The notes: a model not told the origin generated them from the letters alone. DNA of 64,000 nucleotides from Chrysomallon squamiferum (GCA_012295275.1 CM022668.1:8804001-8868000); one strand, 5' to 3'; shown: positions 40,266 to 54,897, counted from the first letter of the stretch. Program-made: numbers and translations.

Positions 40266-41179
40266 TTTAATAATACTACTCCTGTTATAACTATTGGATT
40301 GACCTTATGACCTGTCACACCTTGCCTATTGTTCTACTATCCACTGACTGATAGTGTGTTTAAAGGAAAGCAAACCTATTATAATTCCTTTTTATTTATT
40401 TATTTATTTAAAATTTCACATCTAATATCAGATTACAATAATGTATTGTATATGTCACAGCAGTAATGTATGGTTTATGTCCCCACTGAACAAAAAAAAC
40501 AAATATTTATTTTTTTAAATAAACAGTTTAAAACTTCATATTAGTACTCAAACCATGTTAACTTCTGAGACTTAAATCCTTGGGTAACAGATTAAATATG
40601 ACATCACAAGCTTTCTCTTACAAATCACTGGTACCAGTTAAAACAAAAAAACATATATATATATATACATACATATGATGACGATGATGATGACTGCAAT
40701 AATCACCATGGTAACAGACAATTCAAAAACCAATACACAGATGAAAAACGGTTTTCGATTGATATAGACTTCAATAACTCTACATTATCTCTCATCCACA
40801 TTAATTTCTGAGACTTGAACCTTCGGGGCTTACCAGGCTAAATATGACATCATAAACTCCATATCTTTCAAAGCCAGTGATCTTGGGTCAGAAACGACTG
40901 CTGTTAATGATCGCCATGGCGACTGACCATTCTGTGCATGGTACAAACTGCCAGTAATGATTAGTATTGTGTTGCAGGAGCATTTAGACGATGGTCAAAC
41001 ATCAAAGAGACTGCTGATGACCAGCCTGGCAGAACCCACTGCCCTGTGGCTATCTAAAGTAAATACAAACTGCCCATTAAGATAGAAGAGGTCAAGCTAA
41101 ACTAACAACAGTGCTGACCGGTCAGTCTGATGGAAGAATTGTGTTCTACATCTTGCTGAATCGACTGACTTAACATGCA

Positions 41180-41226
<47 letters not shown>

Positions 41227-41248
41227 CCAGACTTGAATTGCATTTCTT

Positions 41249-41440
41249 GACCTTTTTTAAATGCTCATACCCTTAATATTTGATAATACTTCCCTATATA
41301 TTTATTTCATAGAAAAAAATTATAATAATAATTTTTTTTTAAATATTACCATAATCTATAAATCCAATTCAAAAAAGGAGTAGAGTGTCATTTCTTAACC
41401 TTTTTAAATGCTCATACCCTTAATATTTGATAATACTTCT
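41249..41440. repeat. Direct repeat of ~42 bp (ccttttt[t]aaatgctcatacccttaatatttgataatacttc), 2 copies
   Basis: Copies at ~41250 and ~41398. Confidence 0.9.
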
Positions 41441-41544
41441 CTACATACTTTTTTATTATTATTAAAAAAACTAAAAAAATAAGGAACTGCTACAATTTAT
41501 AAACTCACTTTAAAAAGGCTGTGTGTCTCAGATCAAGATCAAAG

Positions 41545-41765
41545 CTAGAGTTTTTGTACCAGTAAGTGGGGTGTTTTGTACCCTTAGTTTTGAGGTTTTG
41601 TACCCTTAGATTCGAGGTTTTGTATCCCAAGCTGAAGATTTTGTACCCTCCCCCTACCCTGAAGGTTTTGTTCCTCTTGGGTAGAAGTGTTTTCACCTCT
41701 AGTCTAGAAGTTTCATAGTCCTAAGTTAGAAGTTTCATAGTCCAAAGTTAGAAGTGTCTTAACCT
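41545..41765. repeat. Decayed ~20-bp tandem repeat (ggttttgtaccct / agaagtttcatagtcc)
   Basis: ttttgtaccc-like core repeated 5-6 times, then agaagtttcatagtcc twice. Confidence 0.75.
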
Positions 41766-43228
41766 TCATTGAAGGTTTACTGACCCCAGATGAATCAGAA
41801 TCTGTAGTAAAGAAATAAACTTGTTTGGTAGGTTTGAAACAGAATACTTATGTGTTACATACATCACTGAATCAATTCTAGATAGTGTTTCAGTTAACTA
41901 TTATCAGTTCCAGTTTTCCATAATCTCATTTATCTACATTCAGTTAATTGCTTGATTGTTTTCTTCATCCCTGAAGATAATTAATTTGAAAACGAGCTTA
42001 TTTCTGCTATAACCTTTAAGAAATATATATATCATCTAAAAAAAAATAACCATAAAAATTGCAATAATAATAATTAAAAATTAACAGAACCTTATAAAAT
42101 GGTTATCATGTTTATTAAGAAGAAAAGAGAACATTAATAGAATACAAAATAAAAAATAAAAATTAAATAAATAAAAAAAATAGTAATATTTAATGATAAA
42201 AACTGCAATATTAACTGCAAAAACTATTTTAAAAATATGATATTATTAGAAATATAGTCATTAAATAAGCTAATCTGAAAATGAGCTTCATTCAAAAAAA
42301 AAAAATAAATAAATAAATAAAAAATTAACAATAAAAACAGATAAAAAAATAAAAAAATTACATCCAGTGCAAAGTCCAATATCCAAAGAAAACAATGTTC
42401 ACAGAACTGAAATATTAGTTTGAAAAAAAAAAAAAAAAAATTTGAATTACATATATATAGTCTTAAAAAACAAATGATAGTGATAAAAACAGCTAAAATA
42501 GGAATTAACCATGATTTTTTTTTTAAATGATATATTAATTTTTGAAAAGTAGATTAATAAAAATTTAAAAAAAAAAATATAGATACTGAAAAAAAAAAAA
42601 TAATAATTGATAAAAAAACCCACACCAGAAAGAATGTATATAATCAACAAATTAAGAAGAAAAAAAAATAGAAAAGAGTCTTAAGTTTATAATTAATCCT
42701 CAGAAAATATTTTAAAAAGGTAAGCATTAAAAATAGCATTTGAACAAAAAAAGAATAAAAATGAATTAAACAAAAAAAAAGTTATAATAATCTGATTAGT
42801 CCATACAATTAACACATATTACTTAGACAGTCAGTTTTAGAATGCAGTTCAGTATGTTGTTTTGCATGTATAATGTGTATATTGTGTTCTCTCTTGTGTA
42901 CCTAGTGAGTCTGGATGCATTTCAGTCATAAGAGGCTTAACAATTATTAATAGAACTGTAAGAAGTAAAAACAAAAAATAATAACAATAACAAAAGAAAG
43001 TAGTTATTACAAAGGAAGAAAGAAAGAAAGAAAGAAAGATAAAAAAAAGAGAGAAAGAAAGAAAAAGAAATGATAAAAGACAGATAATATGTTTACAACT
43101 GATACCACTGCCTGACAACCCACTTTTATTAAGAGATATAGTATAAACATACACACACATACACACACACACACACACTGACAGACACACATGGATGCAG
43201 AAATGCAGATACAACACATACATACAAA

Positions 43229-43266
<38 letters not shown>

Positions 43267-43620
43267 ACAAATCAGTTCTTTATAAATTTAGCAAATATTG
43301 TATCTAATATCCCTTGTATTTAAAACCAAAATGCAAGAATTAAATAGTCTGTCGGGTTTTTAAATATATTTATTACTAAAATCCTTTTCAAAAACAGTAT
43401 ATTTTCAAATACTTTATTTATAAACAAAACAAAAACAAGTCATATATATATACGTACATACAAAATGATACATACACACATACATACATATACATACACA
43501 CATACATACATACATACACACACATATATATATATGCATATATACACACACACATGAATACATACACATACATACACATATGGTTTGTGTACACACACAA
43601 CAAACCAACACACACACAGA

Positions 43621-43665
<45 letters not shown>

Positions 43666-44248
43666 ACACACATGTGCCTTTATTCTTGTTTTGTTTTCAA
43701 ATGTACTCTGTCGTGCTTCTACACAAAAGCAAAACACAAAGGAATAAAGTCATTATTTCAGACATGTTAAGAAACATTGCAAGCAAACACAAACAGTGAC
43801 ATTTGTTTGTGATAATAATGTGGTCTGTGGTATATTTTAATACTCTTACAGTCAGCTAGAGCACGTCATTATCTAAAACCAGACAGGACATAAAAACTTT
43901 ATGGGGCTTCTAATACTTTTTACGTGTTATTTTTGTTCTGTTTAGTTTAGTTTTTTGCTTGTTGTTGTTTTGTTGTTATTGTTTTCTTTTTTTGAAACAT
44001 TTTTTTGTATTGATGTTGCAAGATAATTGTGTCTGTGTGTTTGTCTGTGTGTGTGTTGTTTGGTTGCTGTTTTGTTGTTATTGTTCTTTTTTTTAAAACT
44101 TTTTTCATTGATGTTTCAAGAGAAGTGTAGGTGTGTGTGTGTGTGTATGTGTTTGGTTGTTGTTTTTTGCTACATTTTGTCATTATTGTTTCAAGATAAT
44201 TGTGTATGTGTATGTGACTGTGTTCATACGCGTCTGTGTGTGTGTGTT

Positions 44249-44283
<35 letters not shown>

Positions 44284-44854
44284 AACAGCATGTGAATGTG
44301 ATTATCTAAAATGATATTATATATTCCTTTATACACATTCCAACTTCGTAATTCCAAACTTCTAGAGATGAAAACATCTCAGATACAATAAACTCACTAT
44401 CTACACACTTTCAGCCTCCAAACTGACAATACTTTCTCACCTAAGAAAATCTGTAATTTTCATTCCTTTAAGCGTTTTATAAACATTCTTACAAATCTCC
44501 AAGCCTCACTCACCCAGTAATTCCAACATTAAACTTCACCAGCATTTAGAGAATTTCTATTAACAGCAGAAACAATTTTAACCTCAGTTAGTAGATAAGC
44601 AAGAATTAATTTTTATTTTTATCTTTATTTTTTTAATTTTTTTTTTTTTTTATCAGACGAAGTTTTAATTTAATTTTGTATCTGAATAAATGAGGACAAG
44701 GTTTTAATTTTTTTTAATTTTTTATATGACACTAAAATATCAGTTAATGTTCGTCAAGTCAGTTCAGGTATAATAGTTGTATAAATAGACCAAGATTTCT
44801 TCTACTTGTTTTACCCTTTTTTTTTTCTTTTTCTTTTCTTCTTCTTCTTCTTCT

Positions 44855-44895
44855 TATTATTATTGTTATTGATATTGTTATTATTGTTATTGTTA

Positions 44896-44930
<35 letters not shown>

Positions 44931-44988
44931 GTTATTATTATTATTATTATTACTATTGTTATTATTATTATTGTTATTGTTATTGTTA

Positions 44989-45028
<40 letters not shown>

Positions 45029-45034
45029 TGTTAT
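44855..45034. repeat. (TTA/TTG)n microsatellite
   Basis: Direct reading. Confidence 0.95.
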
Positions 45035-45071
45035 TTTGAGGTGGTATTATACACACACACACACACACACA

Positions 45072-45103
<32 letters not shown>

Positions 45104-46129
45104 CATATACACACACATACACACAAATACACACACACACACATATGTATACACAAACACATACAAATCAGATTAAAATTTCAATTCCTCTTAATGGACT
45201 CACCATATCTATTTCTTGTTCCACTTAATGCTCCATAACTGATGTAACAAAAGCTGTGGTAAGTAGTGTCTTGTCTCTGTAATGATGCACATAAAAAATC
45301 TGATTTTCTTGATCAGAAAAGAGTGACTTACAGAGAGTCGTGACAGCAGTTATCTTCTCTTGTTATTTCAGTTGTCCTTCAGACACATTTCCTTCCTTCC
45401 TTCCTTCCTTCTTTTATCCTAGTTTTTTATGTCTGTTTAGAAATATCAGATAGAACAACGTTCAACCTCTTTTAGTTTTTATGAATGACTGTTATGTTGT
45501 ATGTGTAAGATAAAAGATGTGAAAGTGCAGGAGTTTATTGCTGTGTTATGTACAAATTATGTAGGTGTGTGTGTGTCTGTCTGTCTGTCTGTTTGTGTAT
45601 ATATGTGTGGGTTTTTTTACATTTTTCTACAACAGTATGATTTTTTATTTTTTTTATTGATTGTTTCTTTTGGGTTTTTTCTTATTTGAAAAACTATATT
45701 TCTTATCTTCTTACTGTTTGCTCTTTTCTCACCCATTTTTCTTTTTTTTTTTTTTTTTTGGTCTTCTAAGTCACAAAGCAAATAACAAGGTTTATTTATT
45801 ACTAATTATTATCATAAACCAGGAGAGCTGTAAATTTTACTAACTGTCACAGCTGACTCACAAACTCTGACATGTAAATAACATGTACAGTGTCAGGCAC
45901 ATAAACTGTTAACACACTTGTGTGTGTTCAAGCAGGTTTGACATGGATAATGTTGACGTTTGCTCAAATGTTTATAATGTTAAAGAGAGAGAGAGAGAGA
46001 AGGAGAAGGGGAGGGGTGAGGAAGAGAGACTGAGAGAAAGAATGACAGAGAAAAAATAGAGAAAGACAGAGAGAGAATGATACAGAGATAGAAAGAGAAA
46101 TACAGTGAGATGGTCAAAGATGCTTTTAA

Positions 46130-46470
46130 ACAACCTCTCAGTTAGAGCAACCTCTCTATTACAGCAATCTTTCTGTTACAACAACTTCCCTATTACAACA
46201 ATCTCTGTTCTACAGCAACCTCTCTATTACAGCAATCTTTCTGATACAGCAACCTCTCTGTTACAACAACCTCCCTATTACAACAATCTCTTATACAGCA
46301 ACCTCCCTATTACAACCTGTTACAACAACCTCCCTATTACAACAACCTCTCTGTTACAACAACCTCTCTGTTACAACTACCTCTATTACAGCAACCTCTG
46401 TTACAACAACCTCCCTATTACAACAACCTCTCTGTTACAGCAGCCTCTGTTGCAATGACCTCCCTATTAC
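46130..46470. repeat. Degenerate ~17-bp minisatellite (acaacaacctctctgtt / acaacaacctccctatt)
   Basis: About 20 variant units; explains ORF 46105-46458. Confidence 0.9.
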
Positions 46471-47057
46471 ATTTCACCATTATTAACGTTATTAGGAAAC
46501 CAGAGAACATTTTACTTTCAAAATATGCATTACAGTTTGTCCACTAAAATCTAACACAATATACAACATAGCTACTAAAATTATGTGATCCATTTCCAGC
46601 CGTCTGCAGCTATTTCTGAATATTGACTATATATGACAAAATACTGAACAAAATGTTACTGAATATACATATTAAATAACACACAAACCGCAAATTATTA
46701 AACTTTAACATTATCATATATTGTAACATACATACCACAGGTCAGTATCCTCAGAAATAATGCACTGTCACCTGTATATTAAATCAATTAAAGGTATGAA
46801 CAGGTACAAGCTATTAACATGCTTTTAAGTACAAAAATAATTATAGTTATACTTAGTTTATTACTAATTTTGCCAAAGTAATAAATTTGTTTTGTTACTG
46901 TAGTAATGAAAATTACCAATAATTTTGTATTAATTTTAATTTCTTTTTTTCTCACCATTTTGTATATATCACTGTCATTCCTCCTTTTTTCTTTCTGTCA
47001 CTCTCATTTTCTTTTCTGCTGCACTGTGTTCTTTCTATTTTTTATTTTCCTATATGA

Positions 47058-47107
<50 letters not shown>

Positions 47108-47844
47108 TTGTGTGTGTATATGTCTTTCTCTCTCTCATCCCAATATACATATCTGTCTAACTATTTATCACTATATTTTTTAAACAAATGCCATATAAAT
47201 TAGGTGTTACTGAGAGAATGAGAAAAACAAAAAAGACAGTTAATACAAATGGATAAAAAAAATAACTCAATTTAAGAATGTTAATGTTAAACCTTGTAAA
47301 GTGACTAAATAAACAAGTAATCAACACACAATAAAAACTTTTCATCATAAAAACTGCTACAAAGTATACCAAAGAGAATTATAAATAAGAGTAAGAAGAA
47401 GGAAAATATATTTCTAGAATAGCATTCCTTACATTCTTCTAGAGTTATGTCGTAACCTAGGCAACCAGGTTTTTGTTTACAAAACGCTACATCTGCTGAT
47501 TTCACCGTAACCAAGGTTACCAAGTTCAAAATGTATCTGGAAGCTTCAGCAAACATTCACAGTTATTTGTTTATTTTTATAAACTTTATCTGAAATATAA
47601 GTTGTCCTTCTTTCTTTTTTTCATTTATTCTTCTTTCTTGTCTTTTAATTTATAAATTAAACAGACAGAAAGGTAGCTATTTTTTTACCTCCATCTCAAA
47701 GGTTATAAACATTTTTATTTTACTAAAATTGAAAATAAACATGCACATGCATTTCATTTTTATTTTATATTTTTTTTTTTTACCCTTAATAACATCTCTT
47801 AAAAATTAGGATGTAGACTAATTAACATAAATTAGCATAATTAA

Positions 47845-48005
47845 TGCATCAGCCAATCATCAGACTTTACTTCCTAACAGACATCAGGACAGAAGATCAG
47901 TTACACACTAAGGTGCAAAAATTCCTTAACTTCCACATCAACTGTTTCAGCCAATCAGAGACGAGTAATTTCATCACAGGCATGTATTTTCGACCAATCA
48001 GAACA
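47845..48005. promoter_or_regulatory. Three same-orientation NF-Y-consensus CCAAT boxes
   Basis: AGCCAATCA at 47851 and 47949, GACCAATCA at 47992; ACTTCC (ETS-like core) at ~47869 and ~47929. Confidence 0.4.
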
Positions 48006-49121
48006 GGAGAATGCTGCTTATGCTGAATGCAGACTAAACAGGAATGGTGAATATGTATCAGATGGCTCTATTTTTTTTTTTTTTTTTTTTTTTTGGTTCT
48101 ATAATTAGAAGGAGATGTGTGCATGTGAAAGTGTGGTAAATGTAGTAAAGCATGTTGTAGAATAAATTGTCTGTAACAATGTGATCTTGTGAGTTCTTTT
48201 CTGGGTTTTTTTTCCTCCAAGTTTAAATTTAGATGGTTGGATGGAGGCAGAAAGTAACAGTTGATTTAAAATGTCAGTCAAAAGAGTTTGGGTTTTTTGT
48301 GTGTGTGCTGGGAGCTTTCGTGATTTTAAAAAAGAAATGTAAAGAATTTGTAAGAAATGATGGAGAAATGATGGTAATAGAATAAAATAAATTCAAAAAA
48401 GTTTTTAAAATTTAAATTAAATTAAATTAAAAAAATATGTAACATAAATTAAAAAAAATTTAAATTCAATTAAATTTAAAACAATATATAAATAAAATAA
48501 AATAAAATAATATAAGATAAAATAAAATAAGAGGAAATTCAAAAAATAAAAATAAAATGAGAAAATAAAAAAAATAAAATAGAATATTATAAAATAAAAT
48601 AAGAAATTTAAAAAAACTGAAATAAAATAAAATAAAATAAACAGTGAAATAAAATGAAAAATAAATAAGTAATAAAATGAAAAATAAATAAATAATAAAA
48701 TGAAATAATAAATAATGAAATAAAATAAAATAACATAATTTAAAAAACTGAAAAAATGACATAAAAGAAAACTGAACTCTTTATTTGTTTGTGTTTGCAT
48801 TTTGTATGTAAATATATTTGCATGTTTATGTGAATGTGTATGTATATTTGTCTGAAAATGATTTAAATAACTATAAAAACATTATTAAAATAGACAGATA
48901 GTATGTACATATGAACGTTTGCAAATACATAAACTATGTATTTAACATATACACAGATGTATTTCTATACTTAAATACACACACCATTATGTGAACATTT
49001 TAAAAACAATCTTAACATCATATATTTGTATTTGTTATATACTAAAACACACAAACTCATACAAATACATGAACACATTTATATCATATTTACATTTCTA
49101 CAAACATGTACCCCTGCAAAT

Positions 49122-49152
<31 letters not shown>

Positions 49153-49327
49153 AACACACACACATACACATACACATACATTATAAACAATCTTAACATT
49201 ACGTATTTGTATTTGCTGTATACTGAAACACACATTAATATACATGAACATATATAAACACGTGAAAACATTTATATCATAAACATATTAATATTCTTAC
49301 ACACAAATACCCATCCAAACACTCACA

Positions 49328-49389
<62 letters not shown>

Positions 49390-50878
49390 GGTACGCACTC
49401 TAATTAAAGGCATGCTAACAATTTATAATCTCAGTCAGATCAGTTATAAGAATTTAACCCGTGCAACCCGAGAAGTCCTCAGTGAGGACATCACGCCAAG
49501 ACAAGTAACGAAACAAAGGATCACATACACCCAGACACAAAAAAACACACACAACACCTTCCAACACAACTGATTACCTGCCAAGTCAACCGTGAAGCAA
49601 TCGTCCACACCCAGTGACCTCTGACCTGTGTCAAGGGCTACCCAGCATAACGAGACAAAGCAGTGACAGCAATGTTCTAAGTATCCATCAGGTTATAATG
49701 CATACAGGTAACTCTTCTGAGATGATGATGCTGATGTTGATGATGCTGCTGATGATGATGGTGGTGGTGCTGCTGAAGATGATGAGGATGATGGTGATGG
49801 TGTTATCTTGCTTCTCACTCTTTGAAAGCAATATTCCAGGGTTGGTTTTTTTTTTAACCATCTACCCAGACAAAAATGTCATGTTTGTAGCACACTGCAT
49901 GAATTGTTGTCGATGATAATGATGACGACGACTGAGATGATGAAGGTGTCTATTTGATAAACTACTTAAACACATTCCACTGACATTACTGATGATGACG
50001 ATGGTGGCACTTCTAAGATTACACTACTGCAATGATGATGATATATTAAAAAAAAAAGGTTTTAGCGTTTTCAAAAGTATCTACATGGTCACACCACTAA
50101 AAAAGCAAAACATCAGCCACAGCAACTGCTTTCCATTTAATAATCACAAATGTCGGGTCACTAACGCACACAGACACTGTTTATGATGACAGTGATGATG
50201 TTGACGATGACGATGATGATGTCTCAGTATCTGTCAATGCAGTGATGATAAGCATTATGACAACAACAGCGTAACCCAGTCACCAAAAAAAAACACCACG
50301 AAACAGTAGTACAACAGCACACCTCAGTGAGACAGACCAGTACATGATGGGTAGTAACAGGATTATTCCTCCTGCTCCATAGCTTCTCACGAAAAATTCC
50401 CATCTGAGAGACGATATCCAGGTTTCCAGGTTTTCCCCCACGAGCCGCAAAATTAATGTTTAAAGCAAACATGTGCATTCAGAGCAACAGTCACCTGGTG
50501 AAAGAATTGAAAACAAATTTTCCCATGTCTCGCCAGCCTGCTGTGAGGGGGGGACTGTGCTGTGAGGGGGGACTGTGCTGTGAGGGGGGACTGTGGTGGG
50601 GAGGTGGGATAGAGTACACCAGGGGAGGGAAATTCCCTTGGATGGCTTGGTAAGGGTGGAAGGGGGGGCCTAGAAGAAAAGTGAGGGAGATAGCTGTCTG
50701 TCTGTCTGTGTCTTTCCTAATATCTTTATCTCTTTATGGTCTCTTTTTTTTTCTATCTTTCTTTATCTCTTTCTGTTTCTCTCTCTTTCTTTCTTTCTCT
50801 TCCACTCTCGTTTGTGTTAGTATTAAGTTGTGTATTTGTTGATGTCTGTGAATGTCTACATTTATTTTTTTATTAAAG

Positions 50879-50920
<42 letters not shown>

Positions 50921-51424
50921 TGTGTCCATTTTAAATTTTTTTATTTCTTTGCTTTCTGTGGTTGTAACTAACAATATCATGATATCGTATTACAAAAAAA
51001 CAATAAATAAGTTTTATTAAAAAAATGTAAAAGACCACAAAATATATATAACTGAATAAAAAACAAAAGCCCTGCAGTTTCTCATCATAATAAAAGTTAA
51101 TTTTAATATAAAATGATAGCTGATGAAAAGAATAATGACAGTCTGGTTTTAAATAACAATAACAATAACAATAACAACAATAATAATAATAATAAAATAT
51201 AAGAATGAAACTTTTACCAAGAAAAAAAAACACATTTTTAATGTCAGAAGTTCTGCTTCTCACTTTCTGACATTTTTCGGTAATCTGGTCTCTTGGTAAT
51301 CCCAGAGAGATTTCTGTTGCCACGGAAACATGCTTCTTAGTCAACACAACTTTAGTGATCTCATCACATACATATTTCAACACAGACACAGAATAGATGA
51401 ACCTGTTCTGAAACACAAACACTC

Positions 51425-51510
<86 letters not shown>

Positions 51511-51898
51511 TCTCTCTCTCTCTCTCTATTTCTCTCTTATTTCTCTCTCTCTCTGTCTCTCATTCTCTCTCTCTACCTTTCTCTATTTCTCTTTTATTTC
51601 TCTTTCTGTCTCTCTCTCTCTCTCTCTCCCTTTCTATTTCTATCTTTTATTTCTCTCTCTGTCTCTCAATCTCTCTCTACCTTTCTCTCTATTTTTCTTT
51701 TATTTCTCTCTCTCTCTTTCTCTGTCTCTGTCTCTCAATCTCTCTCTCTTTTCTCTGTTTCTCTCCATCTCTTTCTCTGTCTCTCAATCTCTCTATCTCT
51801 TTCTCTCTCTCTTCTCTCTGTCTCTCAATCTCTCTCTCTCTCTCTGTCTCTCAATCTCTCTCTCTTTCTCTCTCTGTCTCCCTTTCTCTGTCTCTCAA

Positions 51899-51975
<77 letters not shown>

Positions 51976-52011
51976 TCATCTCTCTCTCTCTCTCAATCTC
52001 TCTCTCTCTCT
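51425..52011. repeat. ~590-bp CT-rich polypyrimidine/polypurine tract
   Basis: Almost pure C/T on the plus strand, with an internal ctgtctctcaatctctct sub-repeat. Confidence 0.95.
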
Positions 52012-53018
52012 GAAATTTTACCTGTTAAATCTTAAGACAACTCATCTTCTGAAAAGACAGATGAAAATATTTCCCAGTTTTAATTACACAAAGTCAGATC
52101 AATGATAACAGAAAAAAATCACAACTGAAACATTCACAATCACAACATGAAAACAAAAACAAGCTCAAAACAAGAAAACATTTTAACTTTTAAATCTCAA
52201 GATTACTGCCAAAGAAACCCTATTTGAAAACAGTTGAAAAATATAATTTAATATATAAATTCCACGATCACAACATTAAATTTGCTAAAAATTCAAATAA
52301 TTTCCTAATTTTAACCTTGTAATCACAAAATACCCAGAAAACATCTATATATATATATATATATATATTCCAGTTTTACTCCAGTTTTGCATGTAGCACT
52401 GCTGTGTGGAATATGTTTACATAATGTTCCAATGATATGCATAAAACAAAATTGCAAATATATTGAAAAAAAATGTAGAAGAGAAAAAAATGGGTCTGAG
52501 CAGGTCAAACCTGCAAAGCTATGACAAACAGAAGCTGTAGACAAGCCTGCTGTGACTGTGTTAGTTCAAACTGATAATAAACTAAAATAAAAAAATTACA
52601 ATCAGGGAAAGATAATAAGGAAAGAGCAGCACATAGCCTCACCCCCACAGTGAACTTTCAAAACAAATTAGTCAGTTGTTGAACAGAGCTGTCCCAGAAA
52701 TCACATCGGGAGTAAAAAATGTATCATTCAATTTTCCATACATTTTAGACTGACAGACAAACAGATAGAATGACATGTTTGTGTGTAATTTATACATTTG
52801 TATCAATACAGAAAGAAAGACAGAGGAAATGAAGTACAGATGTGTATGTATGTAATTTATACATTTATATCAATACAAAGGGACAGAATGACAGACAGAC
52901 AGAATAAAACATAGACATGTGTATACATCATTTATTCATTTACATCTGTACAAAAGGACAGATAGATAAATCCACAGCGCAACACTTATACATAGCAAAG
53001 AACAATTATGAATGTCTT

Positions 53019-53069
<51 letters not shown>

Positions 53070-53159
53070 AAAACTGCAGTCAAGTTACATGTAGAGAAAA
53101 ATATTTAAATTAGAGTATGCACAATTACAAGTAAACATACAGAAAAAAACATTAAAAGC

Positions 53160-53595
53160 AAACAAGAAAATGTACACAAGAAAACAGACACACACACACA
53201 CACACACAGAAAGACAGAAAGAGAGAAATAGAAAAAGGGAGAGAGAGAAGGAAAGAGAACCAACATGCAAACAAGAACATGTACACAAGAAAACAGACAC
53301 ACACACTCACAGAAAGACAGAAAGACAGAAATAGAGAGGGAGAGAGAGAGAAAAAACAACAACATGCAAACTAGAAAATGTACACAAGAAAACAGACACA
53401 CACTCACAGACAGACAGAAAGACAGAAATAGAGAGGGAGAGAGAGAGAAAAAAACAACAACATGCAAACCAGAAAATGTACACAAGAAAACACACACACA
53501 CACACACACACACTCACAGAAAGACAGAAAGACAGAAATAGAGAGGGAGAGAGAGAGAGAAAAAACAACAACATGCAAACCAGAAAATGTACCCA
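53160..53595. repeat. ~98-111-bp tandem repeat (~4.3 copies) with embedded CA and GA microsatellites
   Basis: tgtacacaagaaaac at 53171, 53280, 53379 and 53477; variant at 53588. Confidence 0.9.
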
Positions 53596-54074
53596 CAACA
53601 GGAAGTCAACCATAAAGACTTTTTAATGGATACAACTTTAATACACGCCTGCCATTCATTATATTTCTTCTTTTTTTCCTTTTTTTTTGGCACATATCAA
53701 TAACAAAATTTACCTTTCAAGTCATAAATCATTTTACATAACAAGAAAAGACTGAAAAACCTATCCCTTAATGTTCCCACACTAACCTGCATCAAACACC
53801 GAACAACATTCAGTTAAAAAGCAACGAGGCTGAAAATTTCTAAAGATTAATTGAAGCGTTAAAGAATTTATTAAATCTGTCAATTATGATGTTAAAGTGA
53901 AAACGACTTGCGTCTGTTAGGCTGTTAGTAAATCTGTCCAGACTGCAGCCTGTCACTGAACCTCTACAGATGATTCTCAAAGATAAAAGTTAAAAAACGA
54001 AAGCTTTTTAAGAATGTAAGCTTATGCACTTTTATGTACACCTGTGACATTTATATGCATCTGTACTTAAATAT

Positions 54075-54482
54075 ACACACACTAACACTCTCACACATAC
54101 ATGCATACATACATACATACATACATACACAATTTATACATTTGTACTTACATATACACAAACATACACACTTACATATTCACACATTCATACATACATA
54201 TACATACTTACACAATTTATACATTTGTACTTACATATATACAAACATACACACTTACAAATTCACTTTCATACATACATACATACATACATACATACAT
54301 ACATACACAATTTATACATGTGCACTTATATATACACAAACATACACACACTCACGCATTCATACATACATACAAACATACATACATACATATATACATA
54401 CATACATATATACATACATATATACATACATACATACATACATACATACATACATACATACATACATACATACATACATACA

Positions 54483-54518
<36 letters not shown>

Positions 54519-54562
54519 TACATACATACATACATACATACATACATACATACACACACACA
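54075..54562. repeat. (CATA)n tract
   Basis: Direct reading. Confidence 0.95.
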
Positions 54563-54857
54563 TAAAAACATAATTTCTCTCTCTTTCTTCCTCAATTACA
54601 TGCATATTATACCACATACTCTCTTACATATACATAGATATGAAAAGTACAGGCAAAGGAGTTCTTTTGGTTTTTACAATGAGTTTTTATAATGAAAATC
54701 ACCATTAGAAAAGTATTAATTTATATCTTTTCATTTTAAAATTTGTTGTTGTTGTTGTTGTTGTTTTTTGTTTTTATATATATATATATACACACATCGT
54801 GATACATACTTGCTTTATTTTAGTTTAAGGATTCAGTTTTGTGTAAGTTGAGTTGAT

Positions 54858-54897
<40 letters not shown>

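Noticed and set aside
46105-46458. 117-aa ORF
   Set aside because: Coincides with a degenerate ~17-bp minisatellite.
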